Shown here: positions 1 to 9,103 of the stretch, piece by piece
Layout: each line of letters begins with the position of its first letter
How positions within the stretch are numbered: position 1 is the first letter of the stretch
Source of the DNA: Myxococcales bacterium
GTDB lineage: Bacteria; Myxococcota; Myxococcia; Myxococcales; Anaeromyxobacteraceae
Reading direction: 5' to 3'
NCBI GenBank assembly: GCA_038320275.1
Contig: JBBQEB010000063.1
Location: forward strand, 1 to 19,951
DNA length: 19,951 nt
The notes under the pieces: model-generated
What the model was told of the DNA's origin: nothing
The model's input: only the letters and a program-made list of their open reading frames with translations
Database searches by the model: none
Made by a program: the position numbers and the translations under genes

Positions 1-3000
1 CAGCGTGAAGTCGCCCAGCGGTTGTCCGTCCACGCGGATCCCGGCGCCCGCCAGGTCCACGTCGATGCGCGGCCGGGCCAGGCTGCCGCGGACCTCGGCG
101 TGGCCGTCGAGAGCGCCGGCCAGCGGCACGGAGGTGCCGGCGCGGCGCAGGTCCACCTTGGGGAAGGTGAGCCGCGCCAGGAGCGGCGCCGCCTCGCGAA
201 GGCCCGCGTCTCCGGCCTGCTCGGGCGGAAGTGCCAGGGAGGCGGTGAGGCGCGCCACCTCGTCGCCCTCCAGCGCCAGCCGGGCCGTCGCCTCCAGCCC
301 CGCGGCGCCCGCGCGCGCGTCCACCGCTCCGGCGACGGCCTTGTAGCCCGCGCCGGCCCCGCCGGTGAGCGCGAGGTGGGCCTCGCCGCGTGGCGCGCGC
401 GCCGTCCCTGAGAGCAGCACCCTCGCGACCAGCTTCCCGGCGAGGTCGGCGGGGGCCCCGCCCTTCCCGGCAAGCTGGGCGAGCTCGAAGCCGGGCGCGG
501 AGAGCTCGGCGCGAAGGGGTGCGGAGGAGAGCGCCCGCGCGCTCGACGGGTCGCGCATGAGCTGGGCGAGGTCGAGCGGCAGCGAGGCGGTGAGGTTCGC
601 CGCGCGCGCTTGCCGGTAGTCGAGCGACCCGGTGAGCTTCGCCTCCCGGCCGCCCGCCTCGGCCTGCAGCTTCGCGACGAGCGCCTGGTACACGCCGTAG
701 CGCTTCACGTCGAGGGCAGCGCCGGCCCGCAGCGTGGGGGCGCCCACCGTCCCGCCGAGGTGGGCGTCGAAGGAGACGGTGCCGTCGGCGGCCATTCCCG
801 GGCTCACGTCGGCGAGCAGGAGGGCCTCGGCCAGCGGGAAATCGCGGACGGCGAGCTCCAGCGCGAGCGGCGAGGCGCGGGGCGCCTTCATCCCCTTCAC
901 GGGCGCGTCGGCGGAGAGGTCCACCTCCCCGCCTCCGGCGCGGCGCAGCGCGAGCTTTGCGGTGGCGCGCTTCCTCCGCCCGTCGTATCCCGCGTCGCCT
1001 TTTGCGGAGAGCCCCTCGAGCCCCATGGCCTTGCCCTCCGCCAGCGTGAGGTGCGCCTCTACCTGCGGCGCCGCCAGCGCGCCACGGGCGGTCGCGCGCA
1101 CCGACAGCTTGCCCGCGAGCTTGGCCGATGCGGGGACGAGCGCCTTGGGCAAGAGCGCGAGATCGATGGCGTCGAGCGACAGCGTGGCGTCCATGGCCTG
1201 GCGCGGCGCCTTCCCCGAGATGCCGCCCGCGAGCGCGATGCGCTGCGGGCCGGCGGACAGCGCGAGTCCATCCACCGACGGGCCGCGCAGGTCGATCTGC
1301 GCCGGGTGGTCGAGCTCGAACCGGGCGCCCGGCCAGCCGAACCCGAGGCCGGAGAGCGCGAGCGAGGTCGAGTCGGGCGAGAGCGCCCCCGACGCGTGCA
1401 GCTCCACGGCGTTCGAGCCGAGCCCCGGCACCTCGCCGGCGAAGGTGAGGTCGCCACGGCGGCCTGCCACCCGCCCGCGCAGCCGGGCGGTGCGCACCTC
1501 GCCGTTCGCGGTGGCGAGCCGGGCGGCCGTCCCATCGATCAAGATGAGCGGCGCGCCGCTCGTTCCGGCGACGTCGGCGGCGAGGTCGAGCTTCGTTGCG
1601 GTGAGGCCGGGCACGCCGAGGCGCGGGGCGTCGAGGTGGAGCGTGACCACCGGCGCCGCCTCGGTGCCCTTTACCACCGCGTGGAGGTGCGCAGCGCCCG
1701 TCAGGACGGGCAGGGCACGGTCGAGGAGCAGCTCGGCGTTGCGCCGCAGGACGGCGAGATCGGCAGCCGCGAGCTCCGCCTCGCCACCCACCTCCCCGTG
1801 CTGACGGTAGCGCCCGTGCGCGCGCAGCGTCGCGCCAGGCAGCGTCGCTTCCAGCCGGGTGAGCTCGAGGAGCCCGCCGGCCGCGCTGGCGCGCACCTCC
1901 GCTGGCCCCACCCGCCCCTCCCGCACGCGCGAGGGCGCGAGGCTCACCGCGAGCGCGCCGCGCAGCGAGGGCAGGTCCTTCCCCTCCGCGCGCCCGCGGG
2001 CTGAAAGGTGAAGCTCGGTTGCGGGGAGACCCCTCAGCACCTTCGAGAGATCGAGCCCGTCGAGCGACAGGTCGAGCCCTCCGGCGGCTGCAGCGGGAGG
2101 AAGCCGGGCCGCGGCGGCGGCCTCGGCGGAACCGCCCCCTCCCTTCGGCTTCAGCTCGAGCGCGGCGGTGGCCAGCGACCCGTCCGATTCGCCGTAGAGC
2201 GTCCCGGTGAGATCGCTCGCGAGGGGGACGGCTGGCGCGAGCTTGCGCACCTCGCCCGCGTCCACCGCCAGCGCGAGGAGCGCAGCGCGCCCTTTTCTGG
2301 AGGACCCGTCTCCCTCGCCCACCAGCTCGAGCCCGGTCTCGCCCACGCCGAGCCGCAAGAGCGAGACCGTGGCGGTGGTCCCGCGGGTGCTGGCGGCCAC
2401 GGCCAGGGTGAGCGGCGCGTGCTCCGGCGCCTGCAGGCTTCCTCGCAGCGCGAGCTCGAGCTCCCCGCCCGAAGGGCCATAGACGCCCCGCGCGTCGATG
2501 TCGAGCCCGTCCGCGAGGAAGGCGGTCCTGTCCGCCTCGTCGACATAGCGCAGGGAGCCGCCGCGCAGGGTGAGGCGCGTGAGCCGAACCGTCCAGGCGG
2601 AGGGGCTGGACGTGGGCTCCTTCTTGGGCGAGGGGTGGGTAGGCGCGAAGGCCTTCGAGATCGAGAGCGTGCCGTCGGCCTCTCGCTTCAGGACGACGGC
2701 GGGCGAGAGGAGCTCGACCCGCACGCCGACGGACCGGGTGAGGAGACCGGCGAGGTCGAGCCGCACGCCCACCCGCTCCGCGCGCAGCACCTCCTCGCCG
2801 TCCGGGTCGAGCACCCGCAGGCCAATCAGCTCCAGGCTGCGGCCCCTGAAGTGAAGGCCGCGCAGCTCGATGCTGCCGGCGAGGGCGTCGTCGGCGAGGC
2901 GCACCAGCCGCGGGACCACGATGCCCCGGCCGAGGTCGGTGGAGACGAGGAGGAACGCCAGGGACAGCGCGACGCCCACCGCGGCCAGGAGGCCGAGGGC

Positions 3001-3033
3001 AGCGAAGCCGACGATGCGAAGCGCGCGTGGCGT
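1..3033 (-). CDS. tamB: Translocation and assembly module TamB / AsmA-like protein (3' end truncated by the window edge)
   Basis: A minus-strand frame is open from about 3130 to position 1 (missing from the ORF track because it has no stop in the window). It has an N-terminal signal anchor (PRALRIVGFAALGLLAAVGVALSLAFLLVST) followed by about 1000 aa of alternating beta-strand-like sequence, and lies directly downstream of an Omp85 gene. Start is uncertain: ACG at 3033 behind AGGAGG; the first canonical in-frame start is GTG at 2979. The diagnostic C-terminal domain is outside the window. Confidence 0.8.
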
Positions 3034-3041
3034 GGGGTGAG

Positions 3042-3047
3042 CCTCCT
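3042..3047 (-). promoter_or_regulatory. Shine-Dalgarno AGGAGG, 8 nt upstream of the in-frame ACG of tamB
   Basis: The minus strand reads cAGGAGGctcaccccACGccacgcgcgctt. Confidence 0.7.
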
Positions 3048-3132
3048 GCGAGAGAGAGGTAATCCCGAAACCATCGGGTGGCCAGGGCGCGCCTGGGCGC
3101 GCGCGACCCTCGGGGCAGCGGAGCCACTCCCG

Positions 3133-5184
3133 TCAAAACGCCTCGCCGATCGAAAGGTGCACCGAGACGATGGGGTCGTGGTGCACGCCCGTCGTCTCCA
3201 GGGAGGAGCCCACCACCTTGCTCGGGTCGCGCGGGTCATACACGGGCCGCAGCGTCAGGACCTCCACCCCGGACTGGCCCGTGGCCTTGGGGAGGCGGCC
3301 GGCGACGTCGATCCGCACCGGGCCGAAGATGGTCTTGTAGCGAATGCCTCCGCCCACGGCGTACTGGAGGTTCGCGAGGTTGATCGCGTCCGCCTTCTTC
3401 ACCGCGACGTTGCCGAAATCGAGGAACACCGCGCCGCCGAAATTTCCCCCCAGCGGGAAGCGCAGCTCGGTGGAACCGTCGATGAGGCCGTCTCCGCCGA
3501 CTGGGAGATAGTTGCAGGATCCGACCTTCGTGCTCCCAGCAACCTGCGTGCAGGCGTAGATCACCGGCGAGAGCTGACGCGTGTAGTAGCCGCGCATGAG
3601 GTTGGGGCCGCCGCTCGTGAAGCGCGCCACGATGGGCACGTCGCCTGCGCTGCCGTACGACTGCACCAGCCCCACCCGCGCCCTGAACGCGAGGACGAGT
3701 TGCCCGGGGAAGCTCGTGAAGGCGCGCGCCTCGGGCAGGAGGCGCAGGTAGGACGCGCCATTGCCCTTGAAGGCGAAGCCCTCCTGCAGCGACAGCCCCA
3801 GGTAGAAGCCGCGGTGCGTGTTGATGGGGTCGTCGCGCAGATCGAGTCCGATGCGCTGCTCGAAGTAGGAGAGAAGGCAGAGGTCGGGGTTCCGGCCGGG
3901 GCAGGTCTGGAGGAGCAGGTTCTGCCCGGTGGCGGGGTCCGTGCCGCCCGCGGAGTTGCTGAGCTCGTAGAGCTCGAGGTTGAGCGACGGGACGAAGGTG
4001 ACGAGCTTGCCCAGCTTGAAGGGCGTCCCCACGCGAAGCCGCTGGGCGAAGAAGTCGTAGGCCGGCTCGAGGCCGCGCTCGAGCTCGGCGCGCAGGTTGA
4101 GGTCGACGTAGCGGGTGAACAGGCCAGGCTGGGTGAAGTCCGCCGAGGCGATGCCCACCACCCCGCGCTTCTGGGAGAAGAAGGGGTTGGGCAGCCAGGC
4201 GTACCCCACCCTCCCGTCGAGCGAGAGCCGGCGCAGCCCGCCCAGCCAGTCGCGATGCTGCCAGCCGGTGATGGCCGAAAGATCCCACCGGTTGAGCTGG
4301 ATGCCGATGCCCGCCCCGGCGCGCACGGTACGGAAAGGCGCCTCGCGCACGGAGACTACCACCGGCAGCGTGTGGCGCGCCTCGTTGGGAGGCCCCGGCG
4401 CCACGCGCACGCCGCCGAAGACGCCCAGGTCGAACACGCGCGCCTGCGCCTTGGGGAGGTCGGTGGCGTCGTAGGTCTTGCCGGGCACCACCGCGAGGTT
4501 CGCCTCCTCGCGGACCCGCGCGCGCGGGATCTTCGACGCGCCGGCGACGAAGACGTCGCCGAACGTGTAGCGCTCCCCGGTGCGCACCGTGTAGCGGACG
4601 CGCGCGGTCTCGAGCGCGGGATCGACGTTGGCGTGCTCGGCCACCTCCGCCTTGGCCCATCCGGTGGAGGCCAGCGCCGCCTGCAGCGCGGCGCGGGTCG
4701 CGTCGTAGGCAGCCTCCGTGAAGACGTCGCCCTTCTTCAGCGGGAGCGTGCCGGCCTTGGACGCCGCCTCGGGCGCGCCCTCCATCCCGACCACCTCCAC
4801 CTCGGTGACCAGGGCGGGCCGGCCTTCCTCGATGCGGAGGCGCAGGCGGACCCGGCCCTCGCCGTCCGGAACGACCTTCGACTCTTCGATCCGCGCCGCG
4901 TAGTAGCCCAGCGTCTGGTAGTAGCGGAGGATGCGACGCTTGTCGGTCGCGAAGGCGTCCTCGTCGTAGTACCGCGCGTCCTGCCACAACCAGCGTCCCG
5001 AGGACTGCGTCGCGAGTCGCGCCAGGATGTCGCTCGCCGAGACGGCCTTCGCACCTTCGATCTCGAAGGCCACCACCGCGGGGCGCTCGCGGGTGCCCCG
5101 CGCGTGAAGGCAAGCCATGGCGAGCAGGGCGAGAGCCGGCGCGAGAAAGCGGGCGCGCCGGAGGGGCGAAGGGCGGGAGATCAC
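3133..5184 (-). CDS. tamA: Omp85 family outer-membrane protein (TamA/BamA-like: POTRA domains plus beta-barrel), possible lipoprotein
   Basis: POTRA-like segments (RILRYYQTLGYYAARI, RLRIEEG, LQAALASTGW, VFDLGVFG), loop-6 motif MRGY, GGGIRYKTIFGPVRIDVA and C-terminal beta-signal LSIGEAF. Start placed at GTG 5184 (alternative GTG 5205), giving a signal peptide ending LALLAMAC. Confidence 0.88.
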   Translation of the reverse strand: MISRPSPLRRARFLAPALALLAMACLHARGTRERPAVVAFEIEGAKAVSASDILARLATQSSGRWLWQDARYYDEDAFATDKRRILRYYQTLGYYAARIEESKVVPDGEGRVRLRLRIEEGRPALVTEVEVVGMEGAPEAASKAGTLPLKKGDVFTEAAYDATRAALQAALASTGWAKAEVAEHANVDPALETARVRYTVRTGERYTFGDVFVAGASKIPRARVREEANLAVVPGKTYDATDLPKAQARVFDLGVFGGVRVAPGPPNEARHTLPVVVSVREAPFRTVRAGAGIGIQLNRWDLSAITGWQHRDWLGGLRRLSLDGRVGYAWLPNPFFSQKRGVVGIASADFTQPGLFTRYVDLNLRAELERGLEPAYDFFAQRLRVGTPFKLGKLVTFVPSLNLELYELSNSAGGTDPATGQNLLLQTCPGRNPDLCLLSYFEQRIGLDLRDDPINTHRGFYLGLSLQEGFAFKGNGASYLRLLPEARAFTSFPGQLVLAFRARVGLVQSYGSAGDVPIVARFTSGGPNLMRGYYTRQLSPVIYACTQVAGSTKVGSCNYLPVGGDGLIDGSTELRFPLGGNFGGAVFLDFGNVAVKKADAINLANLQYAVGGGIRYKTIFGPVRIDVAGRLPKATGQSGVEVLTLRPVYDPRDPSKVVGSSLETTGVHHDPIVSVHLSIGEAF

Positions 5185-5290
5185 GTGTGGGGGGGATGAT
5201 GACACAGGGGCCGCTCTCGCCCCATGGCTTTGACGCCGGCGCGCTGGTCCCGGGCGCCGCCGGGCCGCTCCGGCGCGGAGCAGGAGCTCG

Positions 5291-6058
5291 TCAGCCGCGA
5301 CCCTGCGCAAGGAGCAGCGAAAGGTTGGCCCGCTCCCACGCCCTCGCCCGGGCGTGATCAGGGTAGGCGCGCTCCCTGCTCTTGAACTCCGGGCCGTGGA
5401 CGATGCGCCGTCCTTTGCGCTCCTGGGCGGGCACCGCCTGGTGCAGCATCTCGTGGTGAATGACCGCCGCGACGTAGAGCTCGGGCACCTCGGGCCTGTC
5501 GAGCACGGGATGGATTCGGATGAGCCTCGCGTCGTGGACGTAAACGCCGGTCTTGAGGGTGCGCTGGCGCCGGACGGAGCGATTCGCGCCCCAGCCGATG
5601 CGGGCCCGGATGGCGCCGCCGAAGTGCTCCGCGTTCAGCCGGTCGAAGATGGCCTGCAGATCGTGCACGCGGCCGCGAGGCTCCACGCGCTGGAGGCGCG
5701 GGGCGGCGATGCGCGAGCGGTGCGTCCGGACGTAGGCGTCGATCGCCTCGCTGGCGGCCTCCCGGCGCATCCTGGTCGCGTGCGGGGGGCCGAGGAAGGT
5801 GGCGATGGCCTGCAGCACCCCCTTCGGCGCGTCGAGGAACATATGGTGCAACCGGCAATGGACGAGCCCGCGCGACCGGCGGAACGACACCATGGTGGAG
5901 GAGTTGTCGTGGACGACGAGATGCACCCGCTCGCCCACCGCGTCGGAGAGCGCGTCGGCGAGGACGTGCGCCGCGCCGAGACGCCGCTCGGCGGGCCAGG
6001 CGCGGGCGCCGAGGAGATCGAGCTGACGTTCGGCCTGCGCCCCGGACACGAAGGCCAT
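5291..6058 (-). CDS. SprT-like / YgjP-like zinc metalloprotein (HExxH)
   Basis: DLQAIFDRLNAEHF, IRIHPVLD, HEMLH (5455..5441) and downstream HGPEF. ATG 6058 is preferred over the 6244 start, which would run into larA. No signal peptide is apparent. Confidence 0.75.
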   Translation of the reverse strand: MAFVSGAQAERQLDLLGARAWPAERRLGAAHVLADALSDAVGERVHLVVHDNSSTMVSFRRSRGLVHCRLHHMFLDAPKGVLQAIATFLGPPHATRMRREAASEAIDAYVRTHRSRIAAPRLQRVEPRGRVHDLQAIFDRLNAEHFGGAIRARIGWGANRSVRRQRTLKTGVYVHDARLIRIHPVLDRPEVPELYVAAVIHHEMLHQAVPAQERKGRRIVHGPEFKSRERAYPDHARARAWERANLSLLLAQGRG

Positions 6059-6229
6059 GCTACGTGAGCGGTCCGACAGCGCAAAGCGCTGATAGCAGAG
6101 CTGTGATTCCACGGCCCAAGCGCCGACGGCCTCACCGAAGGGTAGCCTCGGGCGCCCCCCTGGCGCCTCCGCAAGGCCGCGACGACCCTCCCTCGCCTGC
6201 CCGCCTCCTCTCTTCACCGCGGGCGGCGG

Positions 6230-6235
6230 TACACT
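6230..6235 (+). promoter_or_regulatory. Putative sigma70 -10 box (TACACT) for a leaderless larA transcript
   Basis: TACACT sits 7 nt before ATG 6243, with no SD in between. No recognisable -35. Confidence 0.5.
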
Positions 6236-6242
6236 CGCCACC

Positions 6243-7538
6243 ATGAACGTCGACCTGCTCTATGGGCGCACCGGGCTCGCAGTCCACCTCCCCGACGACC
6301 TCGAGGTCACCGTCATTCGCAAGCCGCCCATGCCGCTCCTGCGGGACCAGGCGGGCGCGGTGGAGCGCGCGCTCGCCTCGCCAGTCTCGTCGAGGCCGTT
6401 GCAAGAGGAAGCGCGCGGCAAGAGGAGCGCCTGCATCCTCATCTGCGACATCACGCGGCCGGTGCCGAACGGCCTCGTCCTGCCCCCGCTGGTGCGTGGG
6501 CTCATCGCCGCCGGCATCGACCCCTCGCGTATCACCGTCCTCGTCGCCACCGGGCTCCACCGGCCCAACCTCGGCGCGGAGCTCGAGGAGCTGGTGGGCG
6601 ATCCATGGACCCTCCGCACCGTGCGCGTCGAGAATCACGACGCCCGCGACGACGCTGCCCACGTGGATCTCGGGCCCACCCCGGCCGGCACCATCGTGAA
6701 GCTCGATCGTCGCTTCGTCGAGGCCGACGTGAAGATCGCGACCGGGCTCGTCGAGCCGCACTTCATGGCCGGCTACTCCGGCGGCCGGAAGGTCATCGCC
6801 CCGGGCGTCGCGCACCGCGAGACCATCACCACCTTCCACAGCGCGCGCTTCATGGCTCACCCGCGGGCCGAGAATTGCGTTCTCGAGGGCAATCCGCTGC
6901 ATGAGGAGCAGCTCGCCATCGCCGCCAAGCTGGGGCGGGTGCTGGCGGTGAACACGGTCATCGACGAGGAGCGGCGCCTCGCGTTCGTGAACTTCGGTGA
7001 GGTGGTGTCGAGCCACCGCGAGGCGGTGGAGTTCGTCGAGCGCTTCGCCGTGGTCCCGGTCGCCCGGCGCTTCGCGACCGTCCTCACCAGCGCCGCCGGC
7101 TATCCGCTCGACAAGACCTACTACCAGACCGTGAAGGGCATGGTCGCTCCCATGGAGATCCTGGCGCCCGGCGCCCGCCTCGCCATCGCCTCGGCGTGCT
7201 CGGAGGGGATGGGCTCGAAGGAGTACGTGGACGCGCAGCGCCGGCTGCTCGGGCTGGGCGGCGACGGGTTCCTGGCGGACATCCATCGCAAGCGCTTCGC
7301 CGACGTGGACGAGTGGCAGACGCAGATGCAGCTCAAGCCCATGCGCTCGTCCACGGTGCAGCTCTACACGGATGGTCTCTCACCTGCGGACCGCGCCCTC
7401 ACCGGCGTGGAACTGGTCGCATCGGCGGAGGAGGCGGTGCTCGCGAGCGTCCGCGCGAGCGGCGACCGGCACGTCGCGGTCATCCCGGAGGGACCGTACG
7501 TCGTGCCGGTGTTCCGGGGGGCCGCGGCCGCGGCGTGA
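6243..7538 (+). CDS. larA: Nickel-pincer nucleotide-dependent lactate racemase family protein (LarA)
   Basis: LarA motifs ICDITRP, ATGLHR, EPHFMAGYSGGRK, TFHS, YQTVK, DEW and C-terminal IPEGPY; 431 aa is typical for the family. Confidence 0.9.
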   Translation: MNVDLLYGRTGLAVHLPDDLEVTVIRKPPMPLLRDQAGAVERALASPVSSRPLQEEARGKRSACILICDITRPVPNGLVLPPLVRGLIAAGIDPSRITVLVATGLHRPNLGAELEELVGDPWTLRTVRVENHDARDDAAHVDLGPTPAGTIVKLDRRFVEADVKIATGLVEPHFMAGYSGGRKVIAPGVAHRETITTFHSARFMAHPRAENCVLEGNPLHEEQLAIAAKLGRVLAVNTVIDEERRLAFVNFGEVVSSHREAVEFVERFAVVPVARRFATVLTSAAGYPLDKTYYQTVKGMVAPMEILAPGARLAIASACSEGMGSKEYVDAQRRLLGLGGDGFLADIHRKRFADVDEWQTQMQLKPMRSSTVQLYTDGLSPADRALTGVELVASAEEAVLASVRASGDRHVAVIPEGPYVVPVFRGAAAAA

Positions 7539-7541
7539 AGC

Positions 7542-9026
7542 TCACCCGTCCTCGTGCTCCTCCGATGCGAGGAGGCGCTCGACGCGTCCCGCCTCGACGC
7601 GCACGAGGAGGGTTCGCTCCTGGCTGTAGGTGACCGCGCCCGGCGCGGCCCCCTTGGGCTTGCGCACATACTTGGCGCGCGTCGCCACCACCTCCACCTG
7701 GACCTCGCCGCGGGCGTCGCTGAAGTGTGCGGCGAGGTGCGCCGCGTCGAGGAGCGTCTCGCCGTCGGGAAGGGCGCCCTTCGCGAGCTTCGCCACCACG
7801 TGCGCGCCGGTGTGGCCGCGGGCATGCAGCCACAGGTCGTTCCCTCGCGCGTGGCGCACGGTGAGCGCGTCGTTCTCGGCAGCGCCACGGCCCACCAGCA
7901 GCGCCACACCGGCGGCGGAGCGGTAGAGCCGGAAGGGCGGCAGCGGCTCGTCGCGCTTCGACCTCGGGCGGGGGGGCGGCCGTGGAGCGGCGCCCAGGCG
8001 GCGGGCTTCGCGCTCGAGCACGGGCAGCTCCGCGAGCGGCGCGGCATCGACCGCAGCCAGCAGCGCGACGAGCTCGCCCTCCTTCCGCCGGACCTCCGCC
8101 GTGCGCTCCGCCACGCGGGCCGCGCTCTCCACGATGCGCCGGTAGCGCCGGTAATACCGCTCCATGCTCTGGCGCGGGGGCAGCGCGGGATCGAGCGCGA
8201 TGCGCACCTCGCGCGGGCCCTCCTCGGTCCACTCGGTGAGGAGCGCCTCGCGAGCGCCGCGCTTCACCGCGTGCAGGTTCGTCTTGAGGAGGTCGGCGCG
8301 CCGGCGATCCTCCTCTGCGGCCGGAACGCGCTCGGCCTCTTCGGCGAGCTTGGCGAGCGCCCTGCGCGAACGGGCCAGGGCTGCCCGGGCCGGCTCCCGC
8401 AGCCGGCGGCGCGCGAGGGCGAGCTCGCGGGCCTCGTCGTCATCCCGGCCGCGCTCCTCCAGCCCGGCCGAGAAGGGGAAGCGGGCTCCTCCTCCCGCGG
8501 CTGCCTCGCCCTCCATCTCCGCGAGGGCGGCATCGCAGCCGGCCCCGCCCGCCCGCGGTTCCGGCGGGCTGTAGGGCTTTCCGGCCGAGAGCTCCCGTCC
8601 ATCTGCCGAAGGGCGCGCAGCGCTCGCGCGGACGAGCCCCTCGCCGTCCACCAGGAAGAGGTTCCCGGCTGGGCCTCGGAGCTCGGCCACCAACCGGAGC
8701 GGACCGGCTGCCCCCGCGAACCGGAGCTCGACCACCTCCCTCTGCGGGCTCGCCTCGACCGCCTCCAGCCGCGCGCTCTCCAGCTCGCGCCGCAGGACCG
8801 ATTGCCACGCATAGGGCGAGGGCGGCTGGGGGGGCCGGCGGCGCGCCGCGTGGAAGCGGGCGCGGCCGGGCTCCGCGGAGAGGAGGATGGTGGCCGGCGC
8901 GCCGCGCCCCGAGAGCTCGACCGTGAGTGCCCGCTCGGCGTGGACCCGCACCGTCTCCACGCGCGCGCCCGCGAGCTCGGCCAGCTCCCGCGCCACCGCG
9001 GTCAGCTCGGAGGGATGGGAGTGCAT
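7542..9026 (-). CDS. NFACT family protein (RqcH/Rqc2/FbpA-like ribosome quality control factor)
   Basis: NFACT-N-like start (LRRELESARLEAVE, ELRGPAGNLFLVD), coiled coils with middle domain IALDPALPPRQSMERYYRRYRR, and NFACT-R domain (LLVGRGAAENDALT, DLWLHARGHTGAHVV, YVRKPKGAAPGAVTY). Confidence 0.88.
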   Translation of the reverse strand: MHSHPSELTAVARELAELAGARVETVRVHAERALTVELSGRGAPATILLSAEPGRARFHAARRRPPQPPSPYAWQSVLRRELESARLEAVEASPQREVVELRFAGAAGPLRLVAELRGPAGNLFLVDGEGLVRASAARPSADGRELSAGKPYSPPEPRAGGAGCDAALAEMEGEAAAGGGARFPFSAGLEERGRDDDEARELALARRRLREPARAALARSRRALAKLAEEAERVPAAEEDRRRADLLKTNLHAVKRGAREALLTEWTEEGPREVRIALDPALPPRQSMERYYRRYRRIVESAARVAERTAEVRRKEGELVALLAAVDAAPLAELPVLEREARRLGAAPRPPPRPRSKRDEPLPPFRLYRSAAGVALLVGRGAAENDALTVRHARGNDLWLHARGHTGAHVVAKLAKGALPDGETLLDAAHLAAHFSDARGEVQVEVVATRAKYVRKPKGAAPGAVTYSQERTLLVRVEAGRVERLLASEEHEDG

Positions 9027-9056
9027 GGATCGCCCTGCGGCAGGCCCGAAATGCGA

Positions 9057-9076
9057 CGGCCGCCCGGAGGCGGCCG
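9057..9076 (-). terminator. GC-rich hairpin downstream of the Lys/Ala sORF (terminator- or attenuator-like)
   Basis: Perfect 8-bp stem cggccgcc/ggcggccg with a c(UCCG)g tetraloop on the minus strand, followed by only a weak U-tail (tcgcatttc). Confidence 0.5.
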
Positions 9077-9103
9077 CGGCACTCGACTCTTCGGGCAGCG
9101 AGC

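Noticed and set aside
3034..3135. TamA-TamB fusion by TGA read-through or selenocysteine (same frame, single TGA between them)
   Set aside because: TamA ends in a canonical terminal-Phe beta-signal, TamB has its own SD and inner-membrane anchor, the fused topology is implausible, and no convincing SECIS was seen.
610..5199. Long plus-strand ORFs 610..2004 (464 aa) and 2008..5199 (1063 aa)
   Set aside because: They are codon-aligned antisense shadows of tamB/tamA caused by high-GC codon bias, and have no recognisable motifs.
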